A stretch of DNA of 64,000 bases from an uncultured bacterium (GCA_963977015.1 CAXBMO010000010.1:96001-160000); one strand, 5' to 3'; shown: positions 9,588-20,219, counted from the stretch's first letter. Program-made: numbers and translations. The notes: a model not told the origin generated them from the sequence alone.

Positions 9588-11837
9588 CTAATTTGGCAGC
9601 ACAGTCGTGGGCAATTGCTGATTTCGAAATGGGACACTCAGAACGATCTCTTCGATCAATGTTTGGGTGCCGAATTCATTCTCTTCCAGCGCCTGGGCCA
9701 ACTTTTCGATGCTTCCATCGTCCCGGTCCTCGAGGCTCCGACCGATGGCGTAGCCGAGAAGCTTGCGGCTGATATTGCGAACAATTTCTTCCTTGTGAGC
9801 CCGGATGAGAACTTTTTTGAGCTCTGCCGGCCCGTTGAACGACTCTCCCGATGGCAGCCGACCGGTTGTATCGATCGGCTTTTTCAGCTCCTCGGTGCGC
9901 CAGCGTCCCACCCAGTCAAAATTCTGGAGCCCGAAGCCAATGGGATCAATGATCTGATGGCACGCCATGCAGGAGCTGTGATCGCGGTGTTTCTGGAGTT
10001 TTTGTCGATCCGTGAGTTTGCGTTTTTTCCCGGTTTCAGGATCAATTTCGCTTTCGGGAAGTGGAGGGACATCTGCGGGTGGGGGAGGGACCGGGGAACC
10101 GATGATGGTGTCAAAAACCCAGGCGCCTCGTAAAACCGGGCTGGTTTTCTTGTGGTGGGATGTGAGTGCGAGGACCGCGCCCATTCCCAGGATGCCACCG
10201 CGTTGTTGCCCGGGATTTTCCACCCGTTGAAACGAGGTCTTCTTGAGATCGTCCGCGTTGTTCAATTCGTAAAACGTCGCGAGGCGTCCAGTGATGAACG
10301 TGTAATTGGAGTCGATCAGTTCGAAAAGGTTCCGATTCTCACGAGCCAGATAGGCAAAGTACTCCACCGCCTCCTGGCGCATGTCAGAAGCAATTTGAGG
10401 AGTGTAGAACTCCTGAACATCGTTTGCGGTCGGTGCGACGCGACCCCCGACATCCTTGGTGCCAAGCCATTGCCCGATGAAGGATTCGAAGAACCCCATC
10501 GCTCGTTCATCGGCCAGCATTCGACGAACTTCGCTGCGCAAGGCGCCCTCTGAGTCCAACTTTCCCGCATCAGCCAATGTTCGAAGTTGTTCGTCGGGCA
10601 TTCGCGACCACAAAAAGTAGCTCAGCCGGTTGGCAATTTCTGGTTGAGTAAGTCTGTTGATCCCAGCGGTTTGAGGTGGATTTTCAATCCGAAACAAAAA
10701 ATCGGGGGAAACGAGAACGCCGCGAATCGCCAGCTTCATCGCTTCCTCATAAGGATCACCCCGGTCCAGGGCACGATCGACAAGTGGCATAAACTGCTGA
10801 ATTTCGGCTGCGTCTACCGGACGTCGAAAGGCAAGTGGCACCAAGATGGAGAGCCGATGTTCAGCGAGTTCTCTGGGATTGTCAGGCTGTTGACCTGGTT
10901 TGAGACCGAGGAGGCGAACGTGGTTGGTGATTTGTCTTTCCGTGGGATTTTTCGGAGCAAATTGCCTGATGGACAGCGATTCGAGGTTCATCCCCTGAAG
11001 GGAGAGTGCGTGAACTCCGCGAGACAGTTTGATGTCGAATTCTTCCCGGATGATGCCTTCGTTGGCGGTTGGTGAGAATTCGTGAACGGTGAGATTGTCG
11101 ACCTTGAAGGTCGCCGTTTGCGAATCACCCGGCTGCCCTTCCAAGACAACTCGATACCCGGATTCGACATAAATGGGCACCAGAGCTAGGGATTCCTTCT
11201 CATGTGAAGACAATTGCGCTTTGCGGATGACCCTGGAAAGCCGAGGCGATAGGATGACCGCATCGACAACCTCCTGCGCGCTTTCCAGGTAACGTTCCAG
11301 CATCATGGGAGGCAAGAACAGCGACTCGCCGTTGTTGTTGAACCCCTCACCGGTTCCGCTTTCCAAGGGGAATCGTTCCGAAAACTTGAGATCAACCCCG
11401 AAAAGATCCTGAATGGTGAGATCGTATTCCAGGCGATTCAGTCGCCGTGCCATAACTTGCCCGGCAAACGGAGGCATTTGCCGGGCCGTTACCCTCAGGT
11501 GATCGTTGATCCAGGAAACGACGAATTTTCGGTCTTCGTCGCTTGGTTGTGCCTTGTCTGGTGGCGGCATTGTTTGGTTTTGGAGTTGAGCCGCGACGCT
11601 CCTCCAAATGGCCCGCATCTTTTGGATATCGGAAACGCTGCCAACATCCAGAAAGGGAACGCCTCCCTTGGACATTTCAGGTTCATGGCAATCGATACAG
11701 GAATCTTCGAGCATCGGGAGCACCCGACTCTCGAAGATCGGATCAGCCTGGAGATTCGTGATGAGAATCCCAGAAGCTACCAGGTGAGTGATGAGGATGA
11801 AGGCAGGGCGTTGCAACGATCCATACACCTGAATCAT
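9588..11837 (-). CDS. DUF1592/DUF1588/DUF1585-type cytochrome c-like protein
   Basis: CIDCH and CMACH heme-binding motifs; RRLNRLEY, RLSYFLW, TSPVLRGAW and IDPIGFGLQNFD. Confidence 0.9.
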   Translation of the reverse strand: MIQVYGSLQRPAFILITHLVASGILITNLQADPIFESRVLPMLEDSCIDCHEPEMSKGGVPFLDVGSVSDIQKMRAIWRSVAAQLQNQTMPPPDKAQPSDEDRKFVVSWINDHLRVTARQMPPFAGQVMARRLNRLEYDLTIQDLFGVDLKFSERFPLESGTGEGFNNNGESLFLPPMMLERYLESAQEVVDAVILSPRLSRVIRKAQLSSHEKESLALVPIYVESGYRVVLEGQPGDSQTATFKVDNLTVHEFSPTANEGIIREEFDIKLSRGVHALSLQGMNLESLSIRQFAPKNPTERQITNHVRLLGLKPGQQPDNPRELAEHRLSILVPLAFRRPVDAAEIQQFMPLVDRALDRGDPYEEAMKLAIRGVLVSPDFLFRIENPPQTAGINRLTQPEIANRLSYFLWSRMPDEQLRTLADAGKLDSEGALRSEVRRMLADERAMGFFESFIGQWLGTKDVGGRVAPTANDVQEFYTPQIASDMRQEAVEYFAYLARENRNLFELIDSNYTFITGRLATFYELNNADDLKKTSFQRVENPGQQRGGILGMGAVLALTSHHKKTSPVLRGAWVFDTIIGSPVPPPPADVPPLPESEIDPETGKKRKLTDRQKLQKHRDHSSCMACHQIIDPIGFGLQNFDWVGRWRTEELKKPIDTTGRLPSGESFNGPAELKKVLIRAHKEEIVRNISRKLLGYAIGRSLEDRDDGSIEKLAQALEENEFGTQTLIEEIVLSVPFRNQQLPTTVLPN

Positions 11838-11882
11838 CTTCAAAGTCTTACGATCGAAATGGACGGCGATGACGACCGAACC

Positions 11883-12083
11883 CTAACCTCCTGCCGCAAT
11901 CCTCAGAAGTTCGATCCGATCACCGTCTCGAACCGTGGATTTCGAAAACTCCCGTTCAAAGAGGGCGGTTCCGTTGTGTTCCACCAAGACGGGATAGTTG
12001 ATGCCGAGGATCTTGAGCAGTTGATCGATAGTGAGCGTCTGCTCCTCAAGAATTTGTTGGTTTCCATTAATTGAGACGGTCAT
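11883..12083 (-). CDS. thiS: sulfur carrier protein ThiS
   Basis: 66-aa ubiquitin-like protein, ING...GDRIEL...AGG C-terminus. Confidence 0.85.
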   Translation of the reverse strand: MTVSINGNQQILEEQTLTIDQLLKILGINYPVLVEHNGTALFEREFSKSTVRDGDRIELLRIAAGG

Positions 12084-12245
12084 TGGCGGCGCTGTTACTA
12101 CTGGCAAAGAGACGCTTTGCTGAAATGCATTCGCTCTCGATCGCCATCATCCACATCAATTTGGACGGATCAATTCGGAGAGGTTTATTTTTGTTGCCAA
12201 AGCTGAGGGACGTTGTAAGGCTAGGGCAAATTTAGCAGCAACTTT

Positions 12246-12488
12246 ATGTCAGAGATCAAAGACAAGGTAAAAGACATCATCGTCGAACAATTGGGCGTCA
12301 ATGCAGAGCAAGTGACCCCTGAGGCAAAATTTATCGAGGATCTGGGAGCAGATTCTTTGGATACGGTGGAACTGGTGATGGCTTTTGAAGAAGAATTTAA
12401 CATTGAGGTTCCCGATGAGGACGCCGAAAAGCTCACCACAGTAGGAGACGTTTACGATTACGTTGAAAAGCGCAAATCTGACGGTTAA
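12246..12488 (+). CDS. acpP: acyl carrier protein
   Basis: [20 protein letters not shown] phosphopantetheine site. Confidence 0.97.
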   Translation: MSEIKDKVKDIIVEQLGVNAEQVTPEAKFIEDLGADSLDTVELVMAFEEEFNIEVPDEDAEKLTTVGDVYDYVEKRKSDG

Positions 12489-12520
12489 CCCCGGCTTTTT
12501 TGCTTGCCACCAAATTTTGT

Positions 12521-12557
12521 GAAACGGTTCCCAATAATGGGGGCCGTTTTCGTTTTC
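12521..12557 (+). terminator. intrinsic terminator after acpP
   Basis: AAACGGTTCCC-AATAAT-GGGGGCCGTTT hairpin with a T-rich tail. Confidence 0.65.
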
Positions 12558-12624
12558 ACGCCTCGCATACTGGTAAATAGTGCTGGCGGAGGAAACTCGT
12601 TTCCCTTAGCCTGCGCCTGAAATT

Positions 12625-13149
12625 ATGTATTCGGAGGACGACATTCATTACGCCTTTGAGACGACTCGGGTTCTCTATGAGCCCGACCGTATGATCGACA
12701 CCTTCGGCTCGACGAGTTTCGAATTTACCTTGATCACCGAATTGATGGATGCGGTCAGCCAGGTAAGGGTGCGCGAAGGGCGTATCAATGCCGAAAGACC
12801 CACGATCCTAAGGCCCGAAGACTCCGCCGACTTCAGTTTTGAAGGCTTTGGTGAGCAGGCTCAGGCGTTCAGTGAGTGGCTTTCGGCGCATGCCAACGAA
12901 TTCGCGTTTCTCAAGTATGGCTTTAATTTCAGTCGCACGGATATCTCAGAAAGCGTGGTTCACGATTCGATCGAGGTCGTTTCGGATCGGGTGATCACCA
13001 ACGCCAAAGAGATGGGAAATCCTCTCACCGCCGTGATCGCCGGGATTGACGAAGCTTGGGAGATTTGTTTACTACGGTTCACTCTCCAAATGATTGAAAA
13101 GTCTCAGGAAGTGAACAAGTTTGATTTCCGACGTAGAGGCTTGCTCTAG
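12625..13149 (+). CDS. hypothetical protein
   Basis: Protein-like 174-aa ORF tightly coupled to the next gene. Confidence 0.75.
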   Translation: MYSEDDIHYAFETTRVLYEPDRMIDTFGSTSFEFTLITELMDAVSQVRVREGRINAERPTILRPEDSADFSFEGFGEQAQAFSEWLSAHANEFAFLKYGFNFSRTDISESVVHDSIEVVSDRVITNAKEMGNPLTAVIAGIDEAWEICLLRFTLQMIEKSQEVNKFDFRRRGLL

Positions 13150-13153
13150 GAAA

Positions 13154-14083
13154 ATGGCTGCCCACAACCAACTCAAGATTCTGTCCGGGGTTATCGCTTT
13201 GATCATCCTCGGAGGTGCCGTTGTCCTGATGGCCTACTATTGGGAGAAGGTATTGCGACCGGAAAAGGTAGCGATCCAAAAAGTGGAGGCAGTGAAGGTG
13301 GGGGACATCGTTGCTCCTCCACCAGATCCTGGTTTGAAGCCGTTTGAAGCTGCGGTTCAACATATCAAAGCGGAAGAGTGGGAGCAGGCGAGATCGCAGC
13401 TGTATTATTTGATGCGGTATTACCCGGATTCCTCAAAGTACGAAGAATCCAAGCGGATTTTGGGCGAGATCAACGCGGATTTGCTGTTGTCCAGTTCACC
13501 GATGCCTGGGAAGATCCAGCACACGGTTCGCTCCGGCGACTATTTTACGGTTCTGCAGAAAAAGTATAGCACCACGATCGATTTCATCCTGCGGGCGAAC
13601 AGCAGGACAACGCATTTTGTTCGAATTGGAGACAAGCTCTGGGTAATGCCGCTTTATTTTGCGATGGATGCGGATTTGCAGAATCGAAAGCTGACGGTCT
13701 ACCGTGTCGAAGAAGTGACTCCAGAGGTGGCTGCCGTGGGCGGAACGGAGGCTGCCGCGCCGGAAAAACAAGAGGTGTTTTTCAAAGAATACAGCATTGT
13801 TGATGTGAACCTTCCTCCTACCGTTTCCGTTCCTTATTCCACGAAAGTCAACAGCAAGCCCGCATGGCTGGGGAACAAGAGGGCAAGTTTCGAACAGGCT
13901 GAGTATCATCTTGCGCAAAAATGGCTCCAGACGAGCAAAGTTGGAGTTGCGATCAAGGCTGCGCCGGAGGATATCGAGAATGCAACCGAAGATCGGAAAA
14001 TGGGGATCCTGATGAGCCCTTCCGATATGAGCGAGTTGTTTACCTATGTTCGAGTGGGAGCGCCCCTGCGTCTCACGAACTAA
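13154..14083 (+). CDS. membrane-anchored TPR-like + LysM + degenerate YkuD-like protein
   Basis: N-terminal TM; YPDSSKYEES helix pair; HTVRSGD...ILRAN...IGDKL LysM; C-terminal DMSELFTYVRVGAPL like the YkuD end. Confidence 0.75.
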   Translation: MAAHNQLKILSGVIALIILGGAVVLMAYYWEKVLRPEKVAIQKVEAVKVGDIVAPPPDPGLKPFEAAVQHIKAEEWEQARSQLYYLMRYYPDSSKYEESKRILGEINADLLLSSSPMPGKIQHTVRSGDYFTVLQKKYSTTIDFILRANSRTTHFVRIGDKLWVMPLYFAMDADLQNRKLTVYRVEEVTPEVAAVGGTEAAAPEKQEVFFKEYSIVDVNLPPTVSVPYSTKVNSKPAWLGNKRASFEQAEYHLAQKWLQTSKVGVAIKAAPEDIENATEDRKMGILMSPSDMSELFTYVRVGAPLRLTN

Positions 14084-14100
14084 AACCAGCATTTCCCGTC

Positions 14101-15063
14101 ATGGATGTAGAACCTTTGGAATTTGAGAAGCCGATTTTTGAGATTAAGCGCCAATTGGACACCTTGCGGCGTCAGTCTTCTGGACAGCAGAATTTGGAGA
14201 TGGAGCCTGAAATCGAGAAGATGGAAGAAAAGCTCGAGCTGACTCGGAAAGAAGTTTACCAAAATTTGACCGCATGGCAGCGGGTTCAGATCGCTCGCCA
14301 CCCAAAGCGTCCATTCATGCTCGATTACGTGGGGCGATGCTTTCATAACTTTCTCGAGCTTCATGGCGATCGTCATATCGGTGATGATGCGGCGATGCCG
14401 TCAGGATTTGCGACGATTGGGAACCACAAATGCGTGGTGACGGGTCACCAGAAGGGGCGCAATACGAAGGAAAACCTTCACCGAAACTTTGGCAGCGCCC
14501 ATCCGGAAGGATATCGCAAAGCGCTTCGCTTGATGAAGATGGGAGAGAAGTTCAGAAACCCGGTGGTCTCGTTGATCGATACCCCCGGAGCTTTCCCGGG
14601 AATTGGCGCGGAAGAACGAAACATCGCTGAAGCGATTGCCTTCAACTTGCGTGAAATGGCGGTTTTGCGAACCCCCATTATCGCGGTGATAATTGGAGAA
14701 GGTGGATCTGGTGGTGCCTTGGGAATCGGAATTGCCGACCGTGTCCTGATGCTTGAAAACGCCTACTACTCGGTCATCAGTCCGGAAGGTTGCGCGGCGA
14801 TTCTTTGGAAGGACCGCAAGCATGCTCCCGAGGCCGCTGCAGCTCTCCGCTTAACGGCAACCGATCTCAAGGAGTTGGGAATTGTTGATCGTGTCGTGCC
14901 CGAGCCGTCTGGAGGCGCCCAATATGATCACGAAGAGATTGCCAAAACTCTGAAGGGCATTCTGACGGAAGAGCTGGATCAGCTCACTCAAAAGCCGATC
15001 GACGAATTGCTTGATACCCGCTACGAAAGATTGCGTTCCTACGGTCGGTTGACCGAGAATTAA
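14101..15063 (+). CDS. accA: acetyl-CoA carboxylase carboxyltransferase alpha
   Basis: LEFEKPI, ARHPKRP, PEGYRKALR, GEGGSGGA and VISPEGCA. Confidence 0.97.
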   Translation: MDVEPLEFEKPIFEIKRQLDTLRRQSSGQQNLEMEPEIEKMEEKLELTRKEVYQNLTAWQRVQIARHPKRPFMLDYVGRCFHNFLELHGDRHIGDDAAMPSGFATIGNHKCVVTGHQKGRNTKENLHRNFGSAHPEGYRKALRLMKMGEKFRNPVVSLIDTPGAFPGIGAEERNIAEAIAFNLREMAVLRTPIIAVIIGEGGSGGALGIGIADRVLMLENAYYSVISPEGCAAILWKDRKHAPEAAAALRLTATDLKELGIVDRVVPEPSGGAQYDHEEIAKTLKGILTEELDQLTQKPIDELLDTRYERLRSYGRLTEN

Positions 15064-15812
15064 GACGCCCGAACCGACTGGATATACGCTTCGGCGGCTT
15101 GCTTCAAGGAATCGGCTACGTTTGCTCGTTGATGGGCAAATGGTGGGGTAAACCACGGGAAAAAGCCGATCAAATCGTGGATCACCGCAATCTCGCCGTT
15201 GCAGTCGTTACCAGCGCCAATTCCAATGGTGGGAACGCTTAGTTCGCGGGTAATTTCGCGCGCGACTTCAGGAACGATGCTCTCCAGCACAATTGCAATC
15301 GCGCCGGCTTCCTCCAGGAGCTGTGCATCGTTCAGGAGGTAGTCGGCTTCCATGCTGGTTTTGCCCCACTTCTTGTAGCCGTTCACCTCCTTTACGCTTT
15401 GCGGAAGCATGCCGATGTGACCGACGAAGGGAATCGACTCCGCGACAATCGCCTTGACTTGCTCGATCACCGCTTCTCCCCCTTCCAACTTCACCGCTTC
15501 GGCTCCAGCGGCGATCAAACGCTTGGAATTCTCGATCGCCTGGTGGGGAGTCTCGTAGGTATGGTAGGGCAAATCACTGACGAGAAGTGCATTCTTAACA
15601 CCGCGGGCTACCACTTCAGTGTGATAGAGCATTTGATCCAGAGTGACCGAAGTGGTGTCCTCACATCCGGCAAATACCATGCCGAGGGAATCGCCTACCA
15701 GGATGAGATCGACGCCCGATTCGTCCAGGATTCGCGCGGTTGGGTAATCGTAGGCGGTGAGCGCTGCAATCCGGCCTTTCTGCAGCTTATCGATCTTCTC
15801 TTGGAGGCTCAT
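15060..15812 (-). CDS. panB: 3-methyl-2-oxobutanoate hydroxymethyltransferase
   Basis: LTAYDY, LVGDSLGM, AVKLEGG and PTIGIGAG. Confidence 0.96.
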   Translation of the reverse strand: MSLQEKIDKLQKGRIAALTAYDYPTARILDESGVDLILVGDSLGMVFAGCEDTTSVTLDQMLYHTEVVARGVKNALLVSDLPYHTYETPHQAIENSKRLIAAGAEAVKLEGGEAVIEQVKAIVAESIPFVGHIGMLPQSVKEVNGYKKWGKTSMEADYLLNDAQLLEEAGAIAIVLESIVPEVAREITRELSVPTIGIGAGNDCNGEIAVIHDLIGFFPWFTPPFAHQRANVADSLKQAAEAYIQSVRAS

Positions 15813-15813
15813 A

Positions 15814-16311
15814 TCACCACTCGCTTTGAATTTTTACCGGCGCAAATTCCTCGTCTGGCATCACCTGAAGCAAACACTGAATCGTTGGAAGACCGGGAAG
15901 TTCCAACTCTGGCCGGATTTCGGCAAGCGGTTGCAATACGAAACTGCGCTCGTGAAGGCTGGGATGGGGAATTTTCAGGACCGCGGTTTCGACCGATTCC
16001 TGGCCCATGTAAAGAATGTCGATGTCGAGCTCTCGAGGCGCATTGGTGGTTTCGCTGGGAACCCGGCCTGCTGCGGCTTCGATCGACTGGGTAATCATGA
16101 GCAACTGCTCCGGGGAGAGGTCGGTTTGAAGCTCAATCACGGTGTTGTAAAAGGTCGACGAGCCCGGGGGACAATCGACCGGCTGCGTTTCGTAAAGGCT
16201 TGAGCAGAGGGGCTCGGGATCTTCGAGTCGATCGCACAATTCCTTGCGGCCCAGCTGAAGATTCGCCAAGCGGTCGCCAAGATTGGAGCCGAGAGCAAAG
16301 CCGACTCGCAT
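15814..16311 (-). CDS. folK: 6-hydroxymethyl-7,8-dihydropterin pyrophosphokinase
   Basis: ALGSNLG, SSLYET, PRELDIDIL and PHP..HERSFVLQPL. Confidence 0.95.
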   Translation of the reverse strand: MRVGFALGSNLGDRLANLQLGRKELCDRLEDPEPLCSSLYETQPVDCPPGSSTFYNTVIELQTDLSPEQLLMITQSIEAAAGRVPSETTNAPRELDIDILYMGQESVETAVLKIPHPSLHERSFVLQPLAEIRPELELPGLPTIQCLLQVMPDEEFAPVKIQSEW

Positions 16312-16351
16312 AGGTCAGGTTCCCATGATTAAAGTTATTATTTCAAGCTCC

Positions 16352-17092
16352 CTAGGCCAAACCCAAGACATCTTGCATGTCATACAAACCCGGCTTTTTC
16401 CCTTTGAGCCAGACGGCCGCGCGTACTGCGCCTTTGGCAAAGGTCTGTCGGCTGGATGCTTTGTGGGTCAATTCGACCCGTTCCCCTGAGCCGGCGTAAA
16501 CCACGGTGTGATCGCCAACGACATCTCCCCCGCGAAGGGCGTGGACGCCGATCTCCGTATCCGTTCTCGCTCCGGTGTCGCCGAATCGCCCGTGCCGCGT
16601 GTCGTCGTCATAGCTGAGTTCGCGAACCTCCGCCAGAATTTCGGCCAAGCGGCGGGCGGTGCCGCTGGGCGCGTCGATCTTGTGGCGGTGATGCATTTCA
16701 ACGACTTCCAGGTCGAAATCAGGTCCCAGGATCTCGGTGGCCTTTCGAGTCAGCCAAAAGAGCGTGTTGACTCCAACACTGAAGTTTGGCGCAAAAACGA
16801 TGGGAATCTCCTTCGAAGCTTCGCGAATTTCGGCGAGCTCCGCATCGGTATGACCCGTCGTGCCAATCACCAGGGCGGCCCGCTTAGCAAGGCAGGTGGC
16901 GACGACTTCGCTGGTGAAGGTGTGGGTGGTAAAATCGATGACCGTGTCACACTTCGCGATGGCATCGCTCAGGGAATCGCCGAGATCGATCGTGGCTCCG
17001 ATCGCAGCAGATGGGTTTTCGTTGGTCGCCTCAATGATGGCTTGGCCCATGCGGCCTTTTGAACCGGTGACGAGGATTTGGATTTCAGACAT
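16352..17092 (-). CDS. dapB: 4-hydroxy-tetrahydrodipicolinate reductase
   Basis: GRMG, IGTTG and EMHHRHKIDAPSGTA. Confidence 0.97.
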   Translation of the reverse strand: MSEIQILVTGSKGRMGQAIIEATNENPSAAIGATIDLGDSLSDAIAKCDTVIDFTTHTFTSEVVATCLAKRAALVIGTTGHTDAELAEIREASKEIPIVFAPNFSVGVNTLFWLTRKATEILGPDFDLEVVEMHHRHKIDAPSGTARRLAEILAEVRELSYDDDTRHGRFGDTGARTDTEIGVHALRGGDVVGDHTVVYAGSGERVELTHKASSRQTFAKGAVRAAVWLKGKKPGLYDMQDVLGLA

Positions 17093-17110
17093 AAATGTTC
17101 GCCGTTGTGA

Positions 17111-17989
17111 TCAGATCACTCCCAGACTTACCAGGGTCTCGCTCAGAATCTCCTTTTTTTCCGCCGTCATCGGGATCATCGGAAGCTTGTATTCTTCCTG
17201 AATCGCCCCTTTCAGCACCAGGGCTGTTTTGATGGGAACGGGATTGGTATCAAGCTTTAAAAACGAGCTGAAAAGCGGGTAATACTTGCGGTGAATTTCG
17301 CGAGCCTGAGCGAGGTCGCCCCGGTTTGCGGCGGCCACCAAATCGACCATAACCTTGGGAAGCAGATTGGAGGCGACGCTGATGACTCCGACCGCTCCGA
17401 CGGAAATAAAGGGCAACGTCATGGAGTCATCGCCCGAAAGGACTTCGAAGTTGTCGGGGGTTTCCGCGACCAACTGACTCACTCTCTCCGGGGTTCCTCC
17501 CGCTTCCTTCATCGCGATCACATTGGAACAGGACCTGGCCAGGCGTGCCGTGGTCTCCACACTGATCTCGATGCCGCAACGTCCCGGAATGCTGTAAAGA
17601 ATGATGGGAAGCTTGGTTGCGTCGGCGATCGCCTTGAAATGCTGATAAAGGCCTTCTTGAGAAGGCTTGTTGTAATAGGGACAGACCTGAAGGGATGCAT
17701 CAGCCCCAGCTGCCTCTGCGCTTTGCGTCAGTTGAATCGCCTCCGCTGTCGCGTTTGAACCGGTCCCAGCGATAACCAGTCCGCGTTTTGCCGTGTGTTC
17801 CACAGCCAGCGCGATGACCCGATCGTGTTCCTCGTGGGTCAGGGTTGGCGATTCGCCGGTCGTTCCGACGGGAACAACCCCTGCGACTCCGCCTGCAAAC
17901 TGATCATCGATCAATTGCCGAAACGCGGACTCATCCAACGCTCCGCCGTTAAAAGGCGTGACTAACGCCGTGTGAACTCCCTCAAACAT
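17111..17989 (-). CDS. dapA: 4-hydroxy-tetrahydrodipicolinate synthase
   Basis: ALVTPF, GTTGES, PYYNKP and KEA Schiff-base lysine. Confidence 0.97.
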   Translation of the reverse strand: MFEGVHTALVTPFNGGALDESAFRQLIDDQFAGGVAGVVPVGTTGESPTLTHEEHDRVIALAVEHTAKRGLVIAGTGSNATAEAIQLTQSAEAAGADASLQVCPYYNKPSQEGLYQHFKAIADATKLPIILYSIPGRCGIEISVETTARLARSCSNVIAMKEAGGTPERVSQLVAETPDNFEVLSGDDSMTLPFISVGAVGVISVASNLLPKVMVDLVAAANRGDLAQAREIHRKYYPLFSSFLKLDTNPVPIKTALVLKGAIQEEYKLPMIPMTAEKKEILSETLVSLGVI

Positions 17990-17992
17990 AGC

Positions 17993-18799
17993 TTAAAATG
18001 CGTCGATCTGGCCTGCGAAGACGAAGTCTGCCGGCCCTGTTAGTTTAACGTGGTGATAAGAATCGCCGTTTTTCTCAAAATCCACTTCGAGCGTGTCTCC
18101 GCCCCGAACTGTGACCTGGATCGGAGTTGGGGCGTTGGCGAGTTCATGGTGAATGATGGCTGCCGCGACCATTCCGGTTCCGCAGGCAAGCGTTTCGTCC
18201 TCGACCCCGCGTTCGTAGGTGCGGATGGCGATTTGATTCTCTCCGAGGACCTGAACCAGATTCGCGTTGGTTCCGGCCGGTGCAAAATGGGAATGCTCAC
18301 GGATGGCGCGCCCGATTCCCACAATATCCGCGTTCTCCAGATCATCGACGAAAGCGAGCGCGTGGGGAACGCCGGTGTTGACGCTGTGAACCACCATTTG
18401 CTGCGAACCCACCTTTAAATCCAGATTCAATTGGAGGTCGAAAGGTTCGCTGAGTCCGATTTCCACCATGTCGCCGGGAAAATTCGCCTGGATCACTCCG
18501 GCAATGGTTTCAAACGAGGTGGAATCGAGAGGTTGGTCGCTGAGCTTGCGGACAAAATTGGCGAAGCAACGGGCACCGTTTCCGCACATTTCAGCCTCAC
18601 CACCGTCGGCATTGTAGTAGCGCATCCGATAGTCGGCCCCGTTCTGGGCGGGTTCGACCGCGAGCAGGCCATCGGCGCCAATCCCGCGTTGGCGGTGGCA
18701 CAGATTCGCGATCTGCTCCTTCGAGAGATTCAGACTTTGGTCGCGATTGTCGATGACGACGAAATCGTTTCCAGCGCCGTTCATTTTCCAGAATTCCAT
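17993..18799 (-). CDS. dapF: diaminopimelate epimerase
   Basis: GAGNDF, EMCGNGARC and ERGVEDETLACGTG. Confidence 0.97.
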   Translation of the reverse strand: MEFWKMNGAGNDFVVIDNRDQSLNLSKEQIANLCHRQRGIGADGLLAVEPAQNGADYRMRYYNADGGEAEMCGNGARCFANFVRKLSDQPLDSTSFETIAGVIQANFPGDMVEIGLSEPFDLQLNLDLKVGSQQMVVHSVNTGVPHALAFVDDLENADIVGIGRAIREHSHFAPAGTNANLVQVLGENQIAIRTYERGVEDETLACGTGMVAAAIIHHELANAPTPIQVTVRGGDTLEVDFEKNGDSYHHVKLTGPADFVFAGQIDAF

Positions 18800-18845
18800 C
18801 ACGGCAACAGCTAGCCGGAATCCAGGCTTCCGTCAACGGGAAGCA

Positions 18846-20174
18846 TCAAGCCTCCAGAGACCAGCCTTCGCGATATTCGCGTCCCAGAAACTTCTCGGCT
18901 TCCGGGGCATTGGTGAACTTGAGGTTCCTGGTGTCCCAGTTCAGTTTTTTACCGGCTCGAAATGCGACATTTCCGAGATGGTTCGCTTCGGTGAGCGGAC
19001 CGGAGTAGCTGAAATCGCACATTCCGGTTTCTCCGGCTTTGGCGGCGGCAATCCACTCCGCCTGTTGGCCGGGTGAAGGTGGAATCGTTTCCGCAGGCCG
19101 CACGTAGCTCTGAAATTCAGCTTCCGGGAGAAGCACGAGTTTTGAGTAGTCGCTCAAAAGCATCTTCCCGTCGTCGCCGACAAACAGGCAACCATTTGCC
19201 CACTTTGGAATGGATCCATTCTTCCAAGCCTCGGGTTTCTCCGTGCCCTGATACCAGGTCAGAGACAGCCCCGGGCGGTTTCCGCGAGGTCCGTATTCAT
19301 ATTTTGCCCACATCGATGCCGGAGCAATTTCCGGATGAGCCGGTGGTCCTCCGGCCTCGATCGAAAGCGGGGCATCCAGATTCAGGGCCCAGAATGGCAA
19401 ATCGATTCGGTGGCTGCCGAGATCCGACATCGTTCCGTTGCCAAAATCCCACCAGCGATACCAACGCGGCCCCGGAAAATAGTCGGTGTGGAAGGGCCGC
19501 CAGGGAGCCGGGCCAATCCAACGATCCCAATCCAAATCAGCAGGAACCGGCATTTCTTCGGTGGGGCGCTCCTGGGTTGAAATCAGGTCCCTGTTGGCAA
19601 TGGCGTCTTCTTTGCTTTGCCATCCCCAGGCTCGCGAAACCCAGACGTGGACTTCGCTGACGTTGCCAATCGCTCCTGCCTGAATCAGTTCAACGGTTCG
19701 GCGGTAGTTGGAGCCCGCGTGAATCTGCGTTCCCATCTGTGTCGCGACTCCGGCTTCAGCCGCCGCCTCGATGACTTTTCGGCACTCGACAACGTCTCGC
19801 GTGAGCGGTTTCTCGCAGTAGACGTGCTTCCCGGCCCTCAGCGCCGGAAGCGTCGCGAAGGCATGGGTATGCTCCGTTGTGCTGACGACGACGGCATCGA
19901 TCTTGTCGGTCTCCGCAGCGTAAAGTTCCCTGAAGTCGATGTATTTTCGGGCCTCTGGAGCACTCAATGCCGCTTTGGCCAAATTCTTGCCGTTGACATC
20001 ACAAAGCGCCACGATGTCTTCGCCGAGACAGGCCTTCAGATTGCTGCCTCCTCTTCCCCCGGCGCCAATGATGGCGATTTGGAGTTTCGAGTTTGGAGAT
20101 TGGCTGGATACGATTGCGGGAAAACCAAGCGTCGTGGCACTGGCTTTGAGGAAGGATCGGCGTTTCAGGGGCAT
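18846..20174 (-). CDS. Tat-exported Gfo/Idh/MocA oxidoreductase
   Basis: RRSFLK leader; GAGGRG, HVYCEKP, ATQMGTQ and [11 protein letters not shown]. Confidence 0.9.
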   Translation of the reverse strand: MPLKRRSFLKASATTLGFPAIVSSQSPNSKLQIAIIGAGGRGGSNLKACLGEDIVALCDVNGKNLAKAALSAPEARKYIDFRELYAAETDKIDAVVVSTTEHTHAFATLPALRAGKHVYCEKPLTRDVVECRKVIEAAAEAGVATQMGTQIHAGSNYRRTVELIQAGAIGNVSEVHVWVSRAWGWQSKEDAIANRDLISTQERPTEEMPVPADLDWDRWIGPAPWRPFHTDYFPGPRWYRWWDFGNGTMSDLGSHRIDLPFWALNLDAPLSIEAGGPPAHPEIAPASMWAKYEYGPRGNRPGLSLTWYQGTEKPEAWKNGSIPKWANGCLFVGDDGKMLLSDYSKLVLLPEAEFQSYVRPAETIPPSPGQQAEWIAAAKAGETGMCDFSYSGPLTEANHLGNVAFRAGKKLNWDTRNLKFTNAPEAEKFLGREYREGWSLEA

Positions 20175-20219
20175 TCGCCGAGTCTAGTGACTCGGTAGAA
20201 TGTGACAAGCCTGCAAATT

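Noticed and set aside
12084-12245. TPP riboswitch upstream of thiS
   Set aside because: No CUGAGA or CCUGA core on the minus strand
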